The notes below the pieces were generated by a model. It ran no database searches, was not told the DNA's origin, and saw only the letters and a list, made by a program, of their open reading frames with translations. A stretch of 62,491 nt of DNA, counting the filler. It is 14 parts of 14 records of this genome, joined end to end, with 100 filler letters (N's around TTAATTAATTAA, not from the genome) between each part and the next. Parts side by side here need not be neighbours in the genome. Positions count along the whole stretch, not along the records: positions 22,131 to 25,478 come from SRR15195285_10161; positions 25,579 to 29,820 come from SRR15195285_10171; positions 29,921 to 35,019 come from SRR15195285_10174; 11 more parts are not named here. One strand, given 5' to 3'. The position numbers and the translations under genes are program-made. Numbering within the stretch: the stretch's first letter is position 1; each line of letters starts with the position of its first letter. Of this stretch, positions 22,331 to 35,019 are shown in pieces.

Positions 22331-25033
22331 TCACAGCAAATCTCGAACTACGCCACCAGCACTTCCTGCTGCGGCCAGCTCCTGCTCGAGCTGGGCCACC
22401 TTCTCTTGCAGCCGATAATTATCTTGGCGCAGCTCCCGCCATTCTTGGCTTCGTCTGCCTTCCTCGTCAGATTCATCAGCCGTCGGACCTGACAGTATAC
22501 CCCCGATTGAAACCAGTGTCTCACCTCTGTCATCTCTGCCCAAGCCGTCGTTGGGCATCGTCGAATCCCTTGGAACGAGGCGGTGCTGTTCGTCGTGTCG
22601 CACGTCGTCATCTTTGTCCCGCTCGAGACTACTGTAGCTTCGCTCTGTTGATTCAGATCTGGATAAAGAGCGAAGTAGCAGTCCACTCCTCAACCCACGG
22701 CCGCTTCCGCTGCCACAACATGTCGCCTTGACCAACGAAGTATCATAGAGAACGAGCGGACCGATTGCAGCAATACCCATGAGCACGAACGATGTCAGAT
22801 AATAGTTGCTCAGCAAGTCGAGGTGTTTCATGGTGTTGTACGTCACGTCCCACCATGTTCTGTTTACGATCCACTGGCATAAGCTTCGCACTAGCAAAGC
22901 CCACATAACCATAAAATCATAGCAAGTCTGAAGACCCGTAAGCTGGTCATCTGCGGCCAAGAAAGCAGCATGTTGCGAGCTGGCAGGAGTGTCCAATATG
23001 CCATCGCCACCTTGCTCTGGGTGTAGTATAGGATTTGCGTCCGCATTGGTATGGCGCTCTAGATGCGACATCGCTGCTTCTGTTCGGGTGACGGCCTCTT
23101 TCAACCGACGCCGCAACCTCCACTCAAGCGAACGGAGGATCCATAGCGCAACTACGGAGCAAAGCACCGCAAATATAGCTAGCAGAAGGCTATCACCATA
23201 CAGTGGCATGTTGTTGCAGAAGGGCTTGCTCATCGCGCCGGTGTTCCAAAATCCGGGTTTGTCACATTGGCCACCGACATCTTCGTCGCATACCACGGAC
23301 ACAGAGTCGTCGCACTGTGCATCTACCCAGGTGGGTCCACCCTCCGGTTGCGCAAAGGTTGGGAGCACAGAGCAGGCCAGCTCGTGCGATGTACCTTCAC
23401 AGTCCGTCCACTTCGTCGACTTCAATGCTGAGACTCGCGTAGCTTCGTCTAGCTCTGGCGGGGGCTCGGGCTCGGGTTCTGGTTCTGGCAGCGGTTCCGG
23501 CTCTGGGTCTACTTCCTTCACAACCTTGCCGCCAACAGACAGTCCCTGGCGGGTCGACCGAATCGAGTCATACAAAAGAGTTGCGTTGTTGGTTGAGAGT
23601 GCACGCTCACACGCTGCCAGCAACGGGCTGATCGTCTCGGTAATGTTTTCCTCCGAAAACCATGACCCCGAGGACGAACCGTCGGAGAGCGCCTCTGGTT
23701 CCGGCTCTGGCTCAGGTACCGGGTCTGACGAGACGATATCTGACACCGTCTCTGCGAAGTCTTGTGCTGTTTCGGATGCAGACTTGCCCTTCAGCACAAA
23801 ATCGTCTGCGACATCGTAGTCAGCGAAGGTGATCAGCCCCATGATTAGGCGCTGCAACGCCATTGATGAGATGTTCGTGAAGGTCCGCATAGTGGTTTCC
23901 AGGATGCGGTGGCCGTGCTGCCCTAGAAAGCGCAGCCTGGTTGCAAGATCGCGTCTGAGTTTGTCTCTGGGACGGTTCTCAAGATCGCGCTTAGTGGCCT
24001 CCCGTATGTAGTCATCGTCCGAATGACAATTCCGGCAGCAAGAGACCAGACGTTGCTTTTCGTCAGCCCGCTTGGCGATTTGTTGCAAAGGGAATAGAGC
24101 CAGCGCAGTCACAACGAATGTGCCAACACACACCGCCGTTCTCAGTGTGACTGGCAAGCCATGATATGCTGAACTGTAGTAGTGCACGTTCTTCAGGTTC
24201 TCATCACTCATCGTACTGTGGGCAGCAGTGATCTCCAGCGCCTCCATGCAGAATACCGCCAACAGCCAAGCCAGGGCAGCAGCACCAACGTCCACCACAC
24301 GCTCGAGCCGAGCCAGGTTGAGATTCATTTGATAGCGAGCGCTGATTCGGACAGGTAATTCGTAGAAGGCGACTATGAGCACGAGCGCGATCACAGCGAG
24401 CCAGCTAAGAGCATCCCAGGCGTTCTGCGGCGCGTCGGTGCTACTGGGCGTCCAGTCGTATACGTGGTGCAAAAGTACAGCCACAGTGAACATCTGCGTG
24501 CTGCTCCACTTGTCGATGATGCGTGTTAGTACTGTCGTTCGGACAGTGTGAGATACTCGGCTGCCTAGCTCTTGCGCGCGCACGTCGTGTCGGGTCCCAA
24601 GCGACATGGTTCCCTCGAGCGCGGTTTTGTTCTCCTCGATCTTTCGGCTGACTCGCTCGTGGGCATCTCGCGCGGCATCAACCTTCCCGAAGAGGAAGTA
24701 GATTCCACATCCAACCACGATCAGGCACAACAGAGAGTAAACCAAGAAGATAAATGTTTCGTATGCCTCAAACGTGTCGCCGGTACCGTCTGTGTGGCTC
24801 GAGCTCCAGGTGCCGTCAGGGTCAATGATTTTTGTGATGGTCCTTCCGACGGCAAAACCGGCGATCGTGTTAAGTGCGCCCGTGATCAGCTCGTTCCGCT
24901 CGACCGTTCGCCACCCGCTGAGGTCGTCCTCCTTTGCCTCAATCTCCCGCCTCGCTCTGCTGCAGTCGGCCTGCCCCCACTTCCCGGCAACTGGCATCAC
25001 CGTCACGGCGGGGACGCTCGTCAGGGAGCTCAT
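22331..25033 (-). CDS. Unknown multi-pass membrane protein with PEPE-rich and Cys-rich loop and C-terminal coiled coil, apparently intronless
   Basis: About 900-codon ORF with many hydrophobic segments, two (PE)n tracts and a coiled-coil tail. The start at MSSLTSVP (25033) is inferred. Confidence 0.65.
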   Translation of the reverse strand: MSSLTSVPAVTVMPVAGKWGQADCSRARREIEAKEDDLSGWRTVERNELITGALNTIAGFAVGRTITKIIDPDGTWSSSHTDGTGDTFEAYETFIFLVYSLLCLIVVGCGIYFLFGKVDAARDAHERVSRKIEENKTALEGTMSLGTRHDVRAQELGSRVSHTVRTTVLTRIIDKWSSTQMFTVAVLLHHVYDWTPSSTDAPQNAWDALSWLAVIALVLIVAFYELPVRISARYQMNLNLARLERVVDVGAAALAWLLAVFCMEALEITAAHSTMSDENLKNVHYYSSAYHGLPVTLRTAVCVGTFVVTALALFPLQQIAKRADEKQRLVSCCRNCHSDDDYIREATKRDLENRPRDKLRRDLATRLRFLGQHGHRILETTMRTFTNISSMALQRLIMGLITFADYDVADDFVLKGKSASETAQDFAETVSDIVSSDPVPEPEPEPEALSDGSSSGSWFSEENITETISPLLAACERALSTNNATLLYDSIRSTRQGLSVGGKVVKEVDPEPEPLPEPEPEPEPPPELDEATRVSALKSTKWTDCEGTSHELACSVLPTFAQPEGGPTWVDAQCDDSVSVVCDEDVGGQCDKPGFWNTGAMSKPFCNNMPLYGDSLLLAIFAVLCSVVALWILRSLEWRLRRRLKEAVTRTEAAMSHLERHTNADANPILHPEQGGDGILDTPASSQHAAFLAADDQLTGLQTCYDFMVMWALLVRSLCQWIVNRTWWDVTYNTMKHLDLLSNYYLTSFVLMGIAAIGPLVLYDTSLVKATCCGSGSGRGLRSGLLLRSLSRSESTERSYSSLERDKDDDVRHDEQHRLVPRDSTMPNDGLGRDDRGETLVSIGGILSGPTADESDEEGRRSQEWRELRQDNYRLQEKVAQLEQELAAAGSAGGVVRDLL

Positions 25034-25659
25034 CCCGACCACGGCACGGACCTGCCAGCAGCCAGCAGAGAGGGCACGGCGGATCCGGCGGTCAATTGTC
25101 CGCCGAACACAGAAGCTCCTTGGCAACAACCAGCTGGTCTGTTGACCTCGACACACAGAAAACACCCTGGGTGTGCCACCAGAAGGGAACGACACGGCGC
25201 ACGCCGAGGCGGGGAGCGCCGCGCGACGCGACGCGGAGCCTCGCCGCGCCGGCGGTGCGCCGTATGGCCGGCGGCGTATACGTATGCGATCGGCGCGCCG
25301 GCCGCGCCAGGCGTCGCGACCACGCAGACGCACATTTCCGCATTGTGGACGACGACAGTCGAATGATCAAGGTGAAATTGCTGGCAGGATGGTGCAACGC
25401 AGTGCATAATACAGCAGTACAGCTGTACATGTATTTTCGAAATTCGTGATCTGTTGGGTGCGCTGGGTGTGGGAGTAGNNNNNNNNNNNNNNNNNNNNNN
25501 NNNNNNNNNNNNNNNNNNNNNNTTAATTAATTAANNNNNNNNNNNNNNNNNNNNNNNNNNNNNNNNNNNNNNNNNNNNAATATCAAGTTGTACACGGGAC
25601 TTCATGGCACATTGTGTGCTACAGGGTGCGCGCGGGATCGCGCGGCGCGACTCGGATGG

Positions 25660-26471
25660 ATGCGCTCCGTCTTGGGCGCTGCTCGTGAAGGAGCGGTCCG
25701 GCGTGCTTTGACGGCAGTGGCGACCGCGAGCGAGCGCACGCGCTCAGCCTCGCAGCTGCTGCACGTGCGACGTGCAGGCGTGACCGGGGCCGCGGGGGCG
25801 CTTATTGTAGCCGGTGGGGCGCTTGTTTTCAGACGGATGCTTCAGGGAGCTGGCGGCGCTGGCGGCCGCGGGTGCGTTGCTCCACGATGCAAGCTCGCAT
25901 CGTTGATATTTAGACAGCTGACTTGGTACATCATTTTCTGTAGAATCAATACGACTTTTTATCGTGTGTCGTCAGGGCAGGTCCTGGTGGTCACCTGCCG
26001 GCTTCTGCGGGGCCAGGCTTGGGGCACACGACGAATGCCGCCGACCAGGCCGAGGCAGCAGCGATGCGGACGGGGAGTGGGGAAGTAGTGGGCGGCGGTG
26101 CCGCGTTATCTGCGTTCGAGTCGCTCGCGACGGTCAAGATTGACGCTGATGCCACGCAGAAGTATGTGCTGATCGAGGCAACCAATGCGGCAGAGTTCAC
26201 GAGCAAATACCTCGTGCGCGGGGACCAGTGGGCTGACTATCACAAAGACGCGGCGCGAGACACGCTCATTGAACTCGATGAGATTGGGGTGCGCTATGAG
26301 GTGCTCGGGGGTGGGCGTATCAAGCACGATTCAGCATCCAAGAAGATCGAGATCTATGGTTTTTCGTACGGTTTTCCATGGGCGGACGAGCCGCGGCACG
26401 ACCTATCGGCGGAGGCGGTGAGCGCCGCCTTCCCAGATTTCGAGGTTACAACGAGCAACGCAGGGTATTAG
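25660..26471 (+). CDS. PHPT1: Janus/ocnus-family 14-kDa phosphohistidine phosphatase with a spliced N-terminal extension
   Basis: KYVLI, KYLVRG..YHKD and GGGRIKHD..IEIYGFSYGF. The putative intron 25872-25975 (GTGCGT..GTCAG) joins an upstream exon in frame. Confidence 0.8.
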
Positions 26472-26608
26472 CAACAGAGGTAGGCCACTGTAGTGCCTCT
26501 GCAACAAAGAATCCCACTGTAAGCTTCGATCTTCTCGCGTGCACCCAAGGTGCGCGAAAACTGCATTGGACAACCTCAGCACCCGATAGTGTAGCGAGAA
26601 GGCCCCAC

Positions 26609-26650
26609 AGTGCACCTTGGCAACAGGGATAGTGCACCTTGGCAACAGGG
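26609..26650 (+). repeat. Perfect 20-bp direct repeat, two copies with period 22
   Basis: AGTGCACCTTGGCAACAGGG at 26609 and 26631, between converging genes. Confidence 0.9.
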
Positions 26651-26671
26651 GCTCTTGATCGCGGGCCTTGA

Positions 26672-29600
26672 TCACGCAACCACCGAATCCAACTTGTCAA
26701 AAAATTGGGTCTGGAACTGCAGCCTTTTCTTCAGCTCTTCCTGGGCAGCTGATGTGCTGGCGGGAGGCCCATACTCGTCCATTTTGTCATCACTGGTTCC
26801 AGCCACGCGGAGAGCACGACTACGAGTCTGCAATAATACAGCACGTTGCGGGATCAGTAAAGTGCTCTGTGGCCGTGCGGCGCCATGGCGCGCGTGTATG
26901 ATTGTCTAAAATTGCTGCTTTGCAGAAGGACAGAGTAAGGATGGACGCGCACACACCAGATCCGACTTTGCTAGTAGGAGCCCTACTCCAGATGCACCAT
27001 CTGGCTCAGTCTCCTTGACGCCTACGTGCAAAGCCATTGACTCACCACCACTGACGCCAATACCACTGCCTTTGCGGGAACGCTTGTGTGAGCTGCGTCT
27101 TGCACCGCGCGAGAGCCCCTTACGCATTTCCTCTTTCGTAATGACGCCGTCGCCATCGGTATCCAGTGCGGCGAATAGAAGATCGGCCGCTGTCTGTCCG
27201 CGAATCTCTCCAGCGCTGGTCGCTGTGGTGGCTTGGCTGATCTCACTTTCGGATACCTCTGCACCAATGCTCGGGATGGTGTCAATATCACCGAGGAAGC
27301 TGTGAGGCAACGCAGTATGCTTCGAGTCGTCGAGGAATCTACTCATAGTGGACGCTTCACGAGCCCCACCTGCAATTTGACGGACTGTATCGGTGGTATC
27401 ACCGCCAACCATGCCAATTTTGTAACCCTCAATGTACGAGCTGAGCTCAGGTGTGGGCCGGGAGCGCAGCTGTCTTTGCATCGAAGCTTGCTCCATTTCC
27501 TTTTTCTGCAGCAGTTGCTCCATCGTTTGCAGACGGCTGCTGTCCATGATCGATCGCTGCTCGAACTCGCGAGCGAGACGTCGCTGCTCTTCTACCTGTT
27601 GCTCGAGCAATCCAAGCTGACCAGTCCACTCCTGCTTCACTTTGCGATCTGAAAAGCAACACGGCACACATAGAATCACATTCAAACAACATGGACCAAG
27701 CGAGCGAGCAGACCGCATCAGCTGCCACAGCGACAAAGTTGCGCTAAGCGACAAAAAAGGATCATCTAAGCGCATCAAGATAAGCATGCACTCTGGGCGC
27801 GGAAAATGATGGGAATGGCACAACAGACATTGTTCCGTCTCCTCCTGTGTCACACGCAGCTCTTCTTTATGCACAACGACGGCTCGCTCCAGCGCAACCT
27901 TTTGTACCTCCGCGGCATTCTTGGCTGCCTGTGTTGCACGCTTCTGAGCAGCAAGCTCATCTTCTAGCTGGCGTACGCGCTCAGCTTCGAGTCCCCTTGC
28001 AGCCTCCATCGCTTCCACGCTCTGATTTGCGCTGGACTGTGCGTTCTTGGCTTGTGCGCGAAGGCTCTGCTCCTCTGCTCCCTTGCGATGGAGAGCATTG
28101 GTGGCATCGGCGAGGCTCTTCTTCACTCCCGCGAGCTCGGCCTCGAGATTTGCAATCTGACGCAGGAGCCGACCTGTCGAATGACTAGCCTCATTTTGTG
28201 TCTCCGTCCTGACTTCGTGCGCTCTCTTTTCTAGATACGCATTGCGACCGGTAAGCGAACACAGCTGCCAAAGCTTAAAAGCAAGTTGGAAGCGCAGGCG
28301 TAGCTCTTTTGACGCCCGCAGTCGACAAAGCATGGAAGCGATACGATCTTGGACCTCCGCGTGCTTTTCCAGTTCAGTGTGCATCGCCATCTGCTTTGCA
28401 TTTACTTCTGCCGTCGCGAGCTTTAACCGTGCCTCGGTTCGTGCTCTTTGGTTTAAGCGCACGTGATCCAACCATGTTTTGAAAACTTGGCTGCGCTGTT
28501 GTTGGTACAATTTGCACATGACTTTCCTACTAATCTTCAGAATCCGATGCTGCTCAGCCCAACATTGCCACGCTGCGCCAACTACTCTCATGCAAATTCG
28601 CGCAGTTGCTCGCTGGAGTAGTTGTCGCGCCCGCTTCTCGACAGCGACGTCAGCTTTCCACACGGCAAACGCAGAACCCAGAACTCCGTTCAGCCATTTA
28701 TTCAGCAGCTTATTGGCCAGCTTTTTGGTCCCTGCTCTCTTCTTTGCATCATCACGCCAGGTGATGAAACAAGCGTTTACACCACGACCTTCAATGGCGA
28801 CTTGTAGTTTACCAATAATGTGCTCCCGATGAGCAGCAAGTGCGTTCTGAAGCAGCTGCACCTCTTCTTCAGCTCGGGCCTTCTTACTCGACTTCACGGA
28901 CACTGACCATTTGTTCAGTGCTGCACTCAATCTACGATTCGTCATCTTCTTTATGATCCGCCTTAACGATTTGGCTTGCGAAATCCGATCCTTCCATTTC
29001 ACGAATGCGCTGAACATCTCGCTCAGTGTCAAACGCGCCAAACATTTACGGAGTTTGTTGCTTCGCTCCGTCTGCTCAACTACGTAATCAAACCATGCCA
29101 TGAATGCTACGACTGCGCAAATGAATGTTGCCAATTGTCAGGTGAGAAGTAAAGTCAGACGAGCGGATTATCAAGTGCAACGGAAGGGGAGCAAAGGAAA
29201 CAACACGAGCGGCAAGCATGACTATGCACGTACCGCATGCACGATTCGTTAGCTTTGCCAGCGCACGCCTACATATCTGAGCATGTCGCTTCATTTCAGC
29301 CCAACTACTGAATGTTTTGTACATCGATGCGAATCGCATTCTGTTGATGATCTTGAGGCTCGAGGCCCTTTGCTCCTTAGATTTACCTATCTTGTCGACC
29401 CAAGCATTGAAGGCTACAGTCACCGTAGACCTCTGAATTCGAGAGACTGCTCTGAGTAGCGCGAGCCTTGTCGTTCTGGTCTCTATCGCATTATCATACC
29501 AAGACAGAAAACAACGGGCAAGCGAGCCTGTCCGAAACCGAAACATGAGCCTCTGCAATTTCACACTTTCCTCCTTGCAACTCCGAGAGCATCGACTCCA

Positions 29601-29820
29601 TTCATTGAAGCTCGCAGAAAGGACCTGAAGGGTCAATCTAGCAAGTACACGCCTCCCAACAATAATGAGACGCTTGTGCTCCGCCCATGCGCGGAAGGCT
29701 TTGAAAACAGCTGCATCGCGCATCATTGTCACTATCTTTAGAACCGACTGCCGATACCTCTTAAGGTCGTCGATTGCAAAGCACCAACTACGGAAAGCAG
29801 CTCCCACTGTGGCATTCAAC
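26672..29820 (-). CDS. Sfi1-like centrin-binding repeat protein with coiled coil and EF-hand (5' truncated by the gap)
   Basis: Many periodic (A/C)FxxW repeats (AAFRSW, KAFRAW, ASFNEW, RCFLSW, VAFNAW and others); EF-hand FAALDTDGDGVITKEE; probable last exon TRSRALRV..DSVVA* ending at 26672. Confidence 0.7.
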
Positions 29821-30439
29821 NNNNNNNNNNNNNNNNNNNNNNNNNNNNNNNNNNNNNNNNNNNNTTAATTAATTAANNNNNNNNNNNNNNNNNNNNNNNN
29901 NNNNNNNNNNNNNNNNNNNNAAGCGAATCCAACCCAGCCTGTTCGTGAGCCATACGATTCTCTCCACTCTGCCGTCTGGGGACTCGGACTGTCCCAGTTC
30001 GACCAGTGTCCGTGCACGATTTACGGTTTGGATGAGATCATTCCAGTTTCCACCGGGCAATCAAGGGGTCGAGAAAGGAGAATCCACCCCCGGGCGGGCG
30101 ACGGCGGACCGGGGGGCGTGTACACACGTCGGTAAATTCTAAAATGTACGGGCGGCCGTGCACCGCGCGCGGTGCATAGCGCGGAGGGGCTCACCCCCGG
30201 CCGACGACGGACGCCGGCCTCCCGCCGAGCGACGCCTTCGGCCCGCGCGCGGCCACACCTGCGTGCGTGGTGGCGGCTTGAGGCATGGGCGTTGAGGCGT
30301 GAGGGCGGCGGCGGCCTGCTCACTGCAGAGCAACTGAGCATAGATGAGACTGCCTGCGCTATAGCCCAGAGTGACTCATCGAAGGGCACATTGTAGTCGA
30401 AATATACACTGCTGGCACCAGCTGCTGCACCAGACTGCT

Positions 30440-33400
30440 ATGGCGCCGCTGGGCGCTGGCAGGGCTAAGAAAAGTGGGTATGCGCCGGTATCGATGACCG
30501 ACGGTGTGGACAGCGCGCAGGCGGTGAGCGGCTCGTCCCACCAGCTCTCCGGCCACAACGCGATGGGCGAGGTCGAGGCGCATTGGTCGGGGCTGTCGCC
30601 TGAGGAAGCCCGCGACTTCCCAGGCTGCCCATCCAGTCGTGTGCTGTTTCCGGAGTACGACGCGGGCTTTTTCACGTACCGACTCCGCTGAATTGCTCTA
30701 TTGGTCACTGATCGGCTGCGTTCTACACAGTTATATGGCATTCGCTGCATGGAGCAGGTACTGGTCGTATCAGTGGATGACGCCGCTGATGAAGCTTGGC
30801 AACCGCTGCCACCTGCAGGACTCAGACGTGTGGGCGATCCACCCGAAGGAAGCTTGCTACACAAACGGCCCGCCGATGCGCGAGAAGTGGCAGGAGGAGC
30901 AGCGGGCGGCGCACGCCGCAAGTCGCGAGCCCACCATTGGCTGGCCGATCTTCTACACCGTGCGAAAGCACATGGCCAAGGCCGGTTGTGGCAAGCTGCT
31001 CGGCGATGGCTTCAAGCTGATCAACCCCTTCGTACTGCGCCAGATACTCTTAGTCGTCGAAGGCAACAAGGATGCGATCGTTGAGGCGGACAGGGCGTAT
31101 CTGCTCGCGCTTGTGCTGTTCATTACCACGTGGTTGCAAGTCATCATCGACCAGCGCTACCAGTACTACGTCCAACGCGTCGGCTTCCGCACGCAGTGTG
31201 CCATGATCTCGGTGCTATACCGCCAGATCCTGGAGCTTACTCCTGGCGCTCGCGCTGCGTACTCGAGCGGCAAGATTGCGAATCTGATGTCGACTGACTG
31301 CGCCAAGGTCCAGACAGTCGTTGCCCAGTTCAATCACCTTTGGCTTGTTCCGGTTCACTTCATCCTTGCCCTCTCGCTGCTGATTTGGACGGTTGGTCCT
31401 GCCGGGTTTGCTGGTCTTGCAACGACATTGCTTTTGATACCACTTGGAAAGAAGTTGGTTGCGAAGCTCAAGAGCATTCGAAAGGACGCTTTGAAGTGCA
31501 CGGATGAGAGGCTCAAGCTGACGCAGGAGGCACTGTCTGGGATCAGGATCGTCAAATTCATGGCGTGGGAGCATAGCCTTACAGAGAAAATCGACCGTGT
31601 GCGGACGAAAGAGCTTGCGTTGCTCCGTGCCGCTGCAATCTACAAAGCACTGAACTTTACACTAATGGCTTCCTCGCCAATGATCATCTGCATCACGACC
31701 CTTACAGTGTATGGTGCACTCGGTGGAAAGCTCACAGCCTCGACGGCTTTCACTACGTTCTCTTTGCTCAACATTCTGAAACAACCGATTGAGATGATGC
31801 CGAACGTCATTACCGACGTTTTTGTGGACGGGAAAGTTTCGCTGGCACGACTGACGACCTTCCTGTCAGAGCCAGGCATGGCTCGGTACGTGCAGCCGAT
31901 AGACTCCGCTGGCCGGAATAGCGACCTGGTGTTGGACATTCAGGGAGCATCGTTTGCGTGGCAGCCACTGCCAAAAAAGATTGCCTGGTCGGGTCAGGAG
32001 CGCAGTGGCGGCCGAGGCGGGGGCGGTCGTGGTGGTGGCAGGGGGAAAAAGGACACTAGCAAGCCGAACCAAAAGAGTGACGCTGAAAAGGAAGCCGATC
32101 GGCTGCTCCAGAAGGCTAAGGAGAACCAGGGTAGACCGGTCTTGACAGATATCTCACTCACGGTTAAACGCGGGCAGCTTTGCTGCATTGTCGGGGGGGT
32201 CGGGTGTGGGAAGAGCAGTTTCATTCATGGCATACTTGGTGAGATGGCGCTAACACCCGACGGCGGTCGCGTGTGCGTGGATGTCAAGATATCATACGCC
32301 CCACAGAGCGCATTCACCCTTAACGATACCGTACGCTCCAACATCTTACTCGGTCTTCCATTCGTCCAAAAACAATACGACGAAGTGGTGGAGGCGTGCG
32401 CGTTGCGCTCAGATTTTGCGCAGCTGCCCTCTGGAGATTTAAGCCAGATAGGAGAAAATGGTACACCAATCAATCTGATATACACTGCAACAATTGAGCA
32501 ATCTGATGTACAACTAATGTATTTCATACTGGTGCTGATGCTTGCAGGCATTAATCTCAGCGGTGGTCAACGACAACGCATCGGTCTTGCACGCGCTGTA
32601 TATGCGGCGGTTGTCGGTGACGCAGAAATGTTGCTTTTAGACGATCCGCTCTCTGCTGTCGATGCACATGTCGGTGCTCACATCTTTGACCAATGCATCA
32701 ATGGTTTGCTCCGCTCTCGGCACCTCACCGTGATCATGCCAGTCCACAATCTGCAATTTCTGCAGCGTGCGGATCACGTTGTCTATCTCCACCAGACCAA
32801 TGGGACAATTACGGAGCAGGGCGATTACGAGGATCTGATCCAGGCAGGTGGTGAGTTCGCGAAGATGATGGAGACTTTTGCAAGCGTTTCTTCAAAGGAT
32901 GGCGAGGCGTCTCCAGCTTCTCCAACCCGTGCCGCTGAGCTACTCGCTGCAGCCAAGGCGCATGTCGGTGGGCCAACGCATAAAGCGATCAAGCGGCTAT
33001 ATCATAATCTCAAGGAAGATCCTGGCAATGTGATCATTAAGGAGGCTATCAAATTGGCGGAGACAGAGGAGATGGAGGATGATCCTGGTAAAAGTGATAC
33101 CACGAAGGGTGATAAAAACAAACAAGAGGGCACGCAGAAGACCGAAAAGAAGACAGAGAAACAAGGCAAGCTGATGACCGTCGAGGAAAGAGCGGTTGGC
33201 GGAGTCGATCGGGGTGTTTGGCTGTACTACGCGACCACATGTGGCCTGACACTCAGCTGGATAGTTTTCTTTTGCTACATTGGCGGAATGGGTGCCAAAG
33301 TATTGACTGACTGGTGGATGTCGCGCTGGTCGGTTGACGACACAAGCGTGCTCATTGGGTACGAGGAAAGCTGGACGGTGATCGATCGTACCGTTGGGTT

Positions 33401-34915
33401 TCTTTTTGTGTATGGGCTGCTCGGAGTGTTTGTGGTTGTGCTCAACGGTATCAAGACAGTCGTCGTATGCGTGATCGGACTCAAAGCGGCACGGACATTG
33501 CACTCAAGCATGCTCCAGTCGCTGCTTTGTGCGCCAACATCCTTTTTCGACCAGGTACGTCAGCCCACCATTCTGTCAACACTACGTTGAATTTGCACAT
33601 GTGTAAATTGCGTGCCGTGTATTCACTCTCAGACCCCGGTTGGACGAATTCTCAATCGTTTTAGCTCGGATATGCAGTCCATCGACATGGGCCTCACCGA
33701 TCAGTTCATAGCTTTTGCTGAGCAGCTTTTCACCATCATTGGTGTTTTCTCCGTGATTCTTGTGGTCTACTTGCCCTTTCTCGTGCTTGTACCGCCACTG
33801 TTCATGTTCTACAGCAATATGCAGCGACGCTATCGCAATGCATCACGCGAGTTGAAGCGGCTCAACTCCATTTCCAAGTCACCAATATTCTCACACTTCC
33901 AAGAGTCGCTAGCTGGGCTGACCGTCATCCGCGCTTATGCAGTGACTGACCAATTCATCGCAAAAAGTGATGGCAATGTCAACAACAACATGCGCTTCCA
34001 GCTCGTAGGTATGACAGCTGGGCGTTGGATGACTTTTCAGCTGAACTTCTCAGCAGCTTGCATTGTTGGCGTGGTTGCGATGTCCATCACGCTCAACCAT
34101 GAAACGGTTGATCCTGGTACCACTGGGCTCGCACTTACATATGCCATGCTGTGCACCCGCACGCTTGGTATGATCATCAGGTTCTTCACTGACCTGGTGA
34201 GCAGCTCTCCCTGGAGTCCATTCATTTTTGAGCTCCCTAGGTCCTTCACTGGCCTGCTCCCACTGCTCGTTTGCTGCACAGGAGCTGCAAATGAACTCGA
34301 TAGAGCGCGTGAAATACTACATTGATATTGATCACGAAGCATTGTTTGATATTCCAGAAACGGATCCTGGCCCGCAGTGGCCTCGACAAGCAAGGGTTGC
34401 ATTTAGCGACGTTTGTGCACGCTATCGGCCCGGGCTTCCATTGGTTGTCAAGGATTTATCTTTTCACGTCCAGCCTGGTCAGAAAGTTGGCGTGGTTGGG
34501 AGGACCGGTGCGGGGAAGTCATCCGTAATGCTGCTGCTGTTTCGAATTCTCGAGCTGGAGAGTGGGAAGATCGAGATTGATGGCGTGAACATTGCTACCC
34601 TCGGTTTGCGTCGGTTGCGCAAAGCCATTGCTATGTTGCCGCAGGATCCTACACTCTTTGCTGGCACTGTCCGCAACAACCTCGACCCGTTCGGTGAAGC
34701 TAGTGACACACGTGTGTGGGAAGCACTGAGCCGAGCGCAGATGGAGGATGCTGTCCATGCGTTGCCCAATGGTCTGGATAGTGAAGTCGGTGAAGGCGGT
34801 TCGGCATTTAGTGTAGGGCAGAGGCAACTGCTTTGTCTTGCGCGAGCGGTGCTGCGAGACTCGAAGTTGCTCATCATGGACGAGTGCACAGCATCAGTGG
34901 ATGTCGCGACGGATT
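30440..34915 (+). CDS. ABCC/MRP-family full-length ABC transporter (last exon lost in the gap)
   Basis: NBD1 [20 protein letters not shown] and [24 protein letters not shown]2 [17 protein letters not shown] and MDECTASVD. Introns 30676-30757, 32461-32547, about 33555-33632 and about 34196-34281. Confidence 0.95.
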
Positions 34916-34989
34916 GTGAGCACACTGCTTATTGGCCGTCGGGCTGCCGTCACATGGATTCTGCTCTCACCCTGTTTGCGGGCGCGCGC

Positions 34990-35019
34990 GTGTGTGTGTG
35001 TTTGTGTGTGTGTGTGTGT
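34990..35019 (+). repeat. (GT)n microsatellite at the contig end, inside an intron
   Basis: GTGTGT run up to the gap. Confidence 0.9.

Noticed and set aside
26609-26650. Mini CRISPR-like direct repeats
   Set aside because: Only two copies with a 2-nt gap, no spacer and no cas genes, in a eukaryotic context.
32461-32547. Apparent 29-aa insertion in the ABC signature region (and similarly before the NLR P-loop at about 19877-19974)
   Set aside because: These are stop-free, frame-preserving GT-AG introns; removing them restores [11 protein letters not shown] and the GMGGIGKT context.
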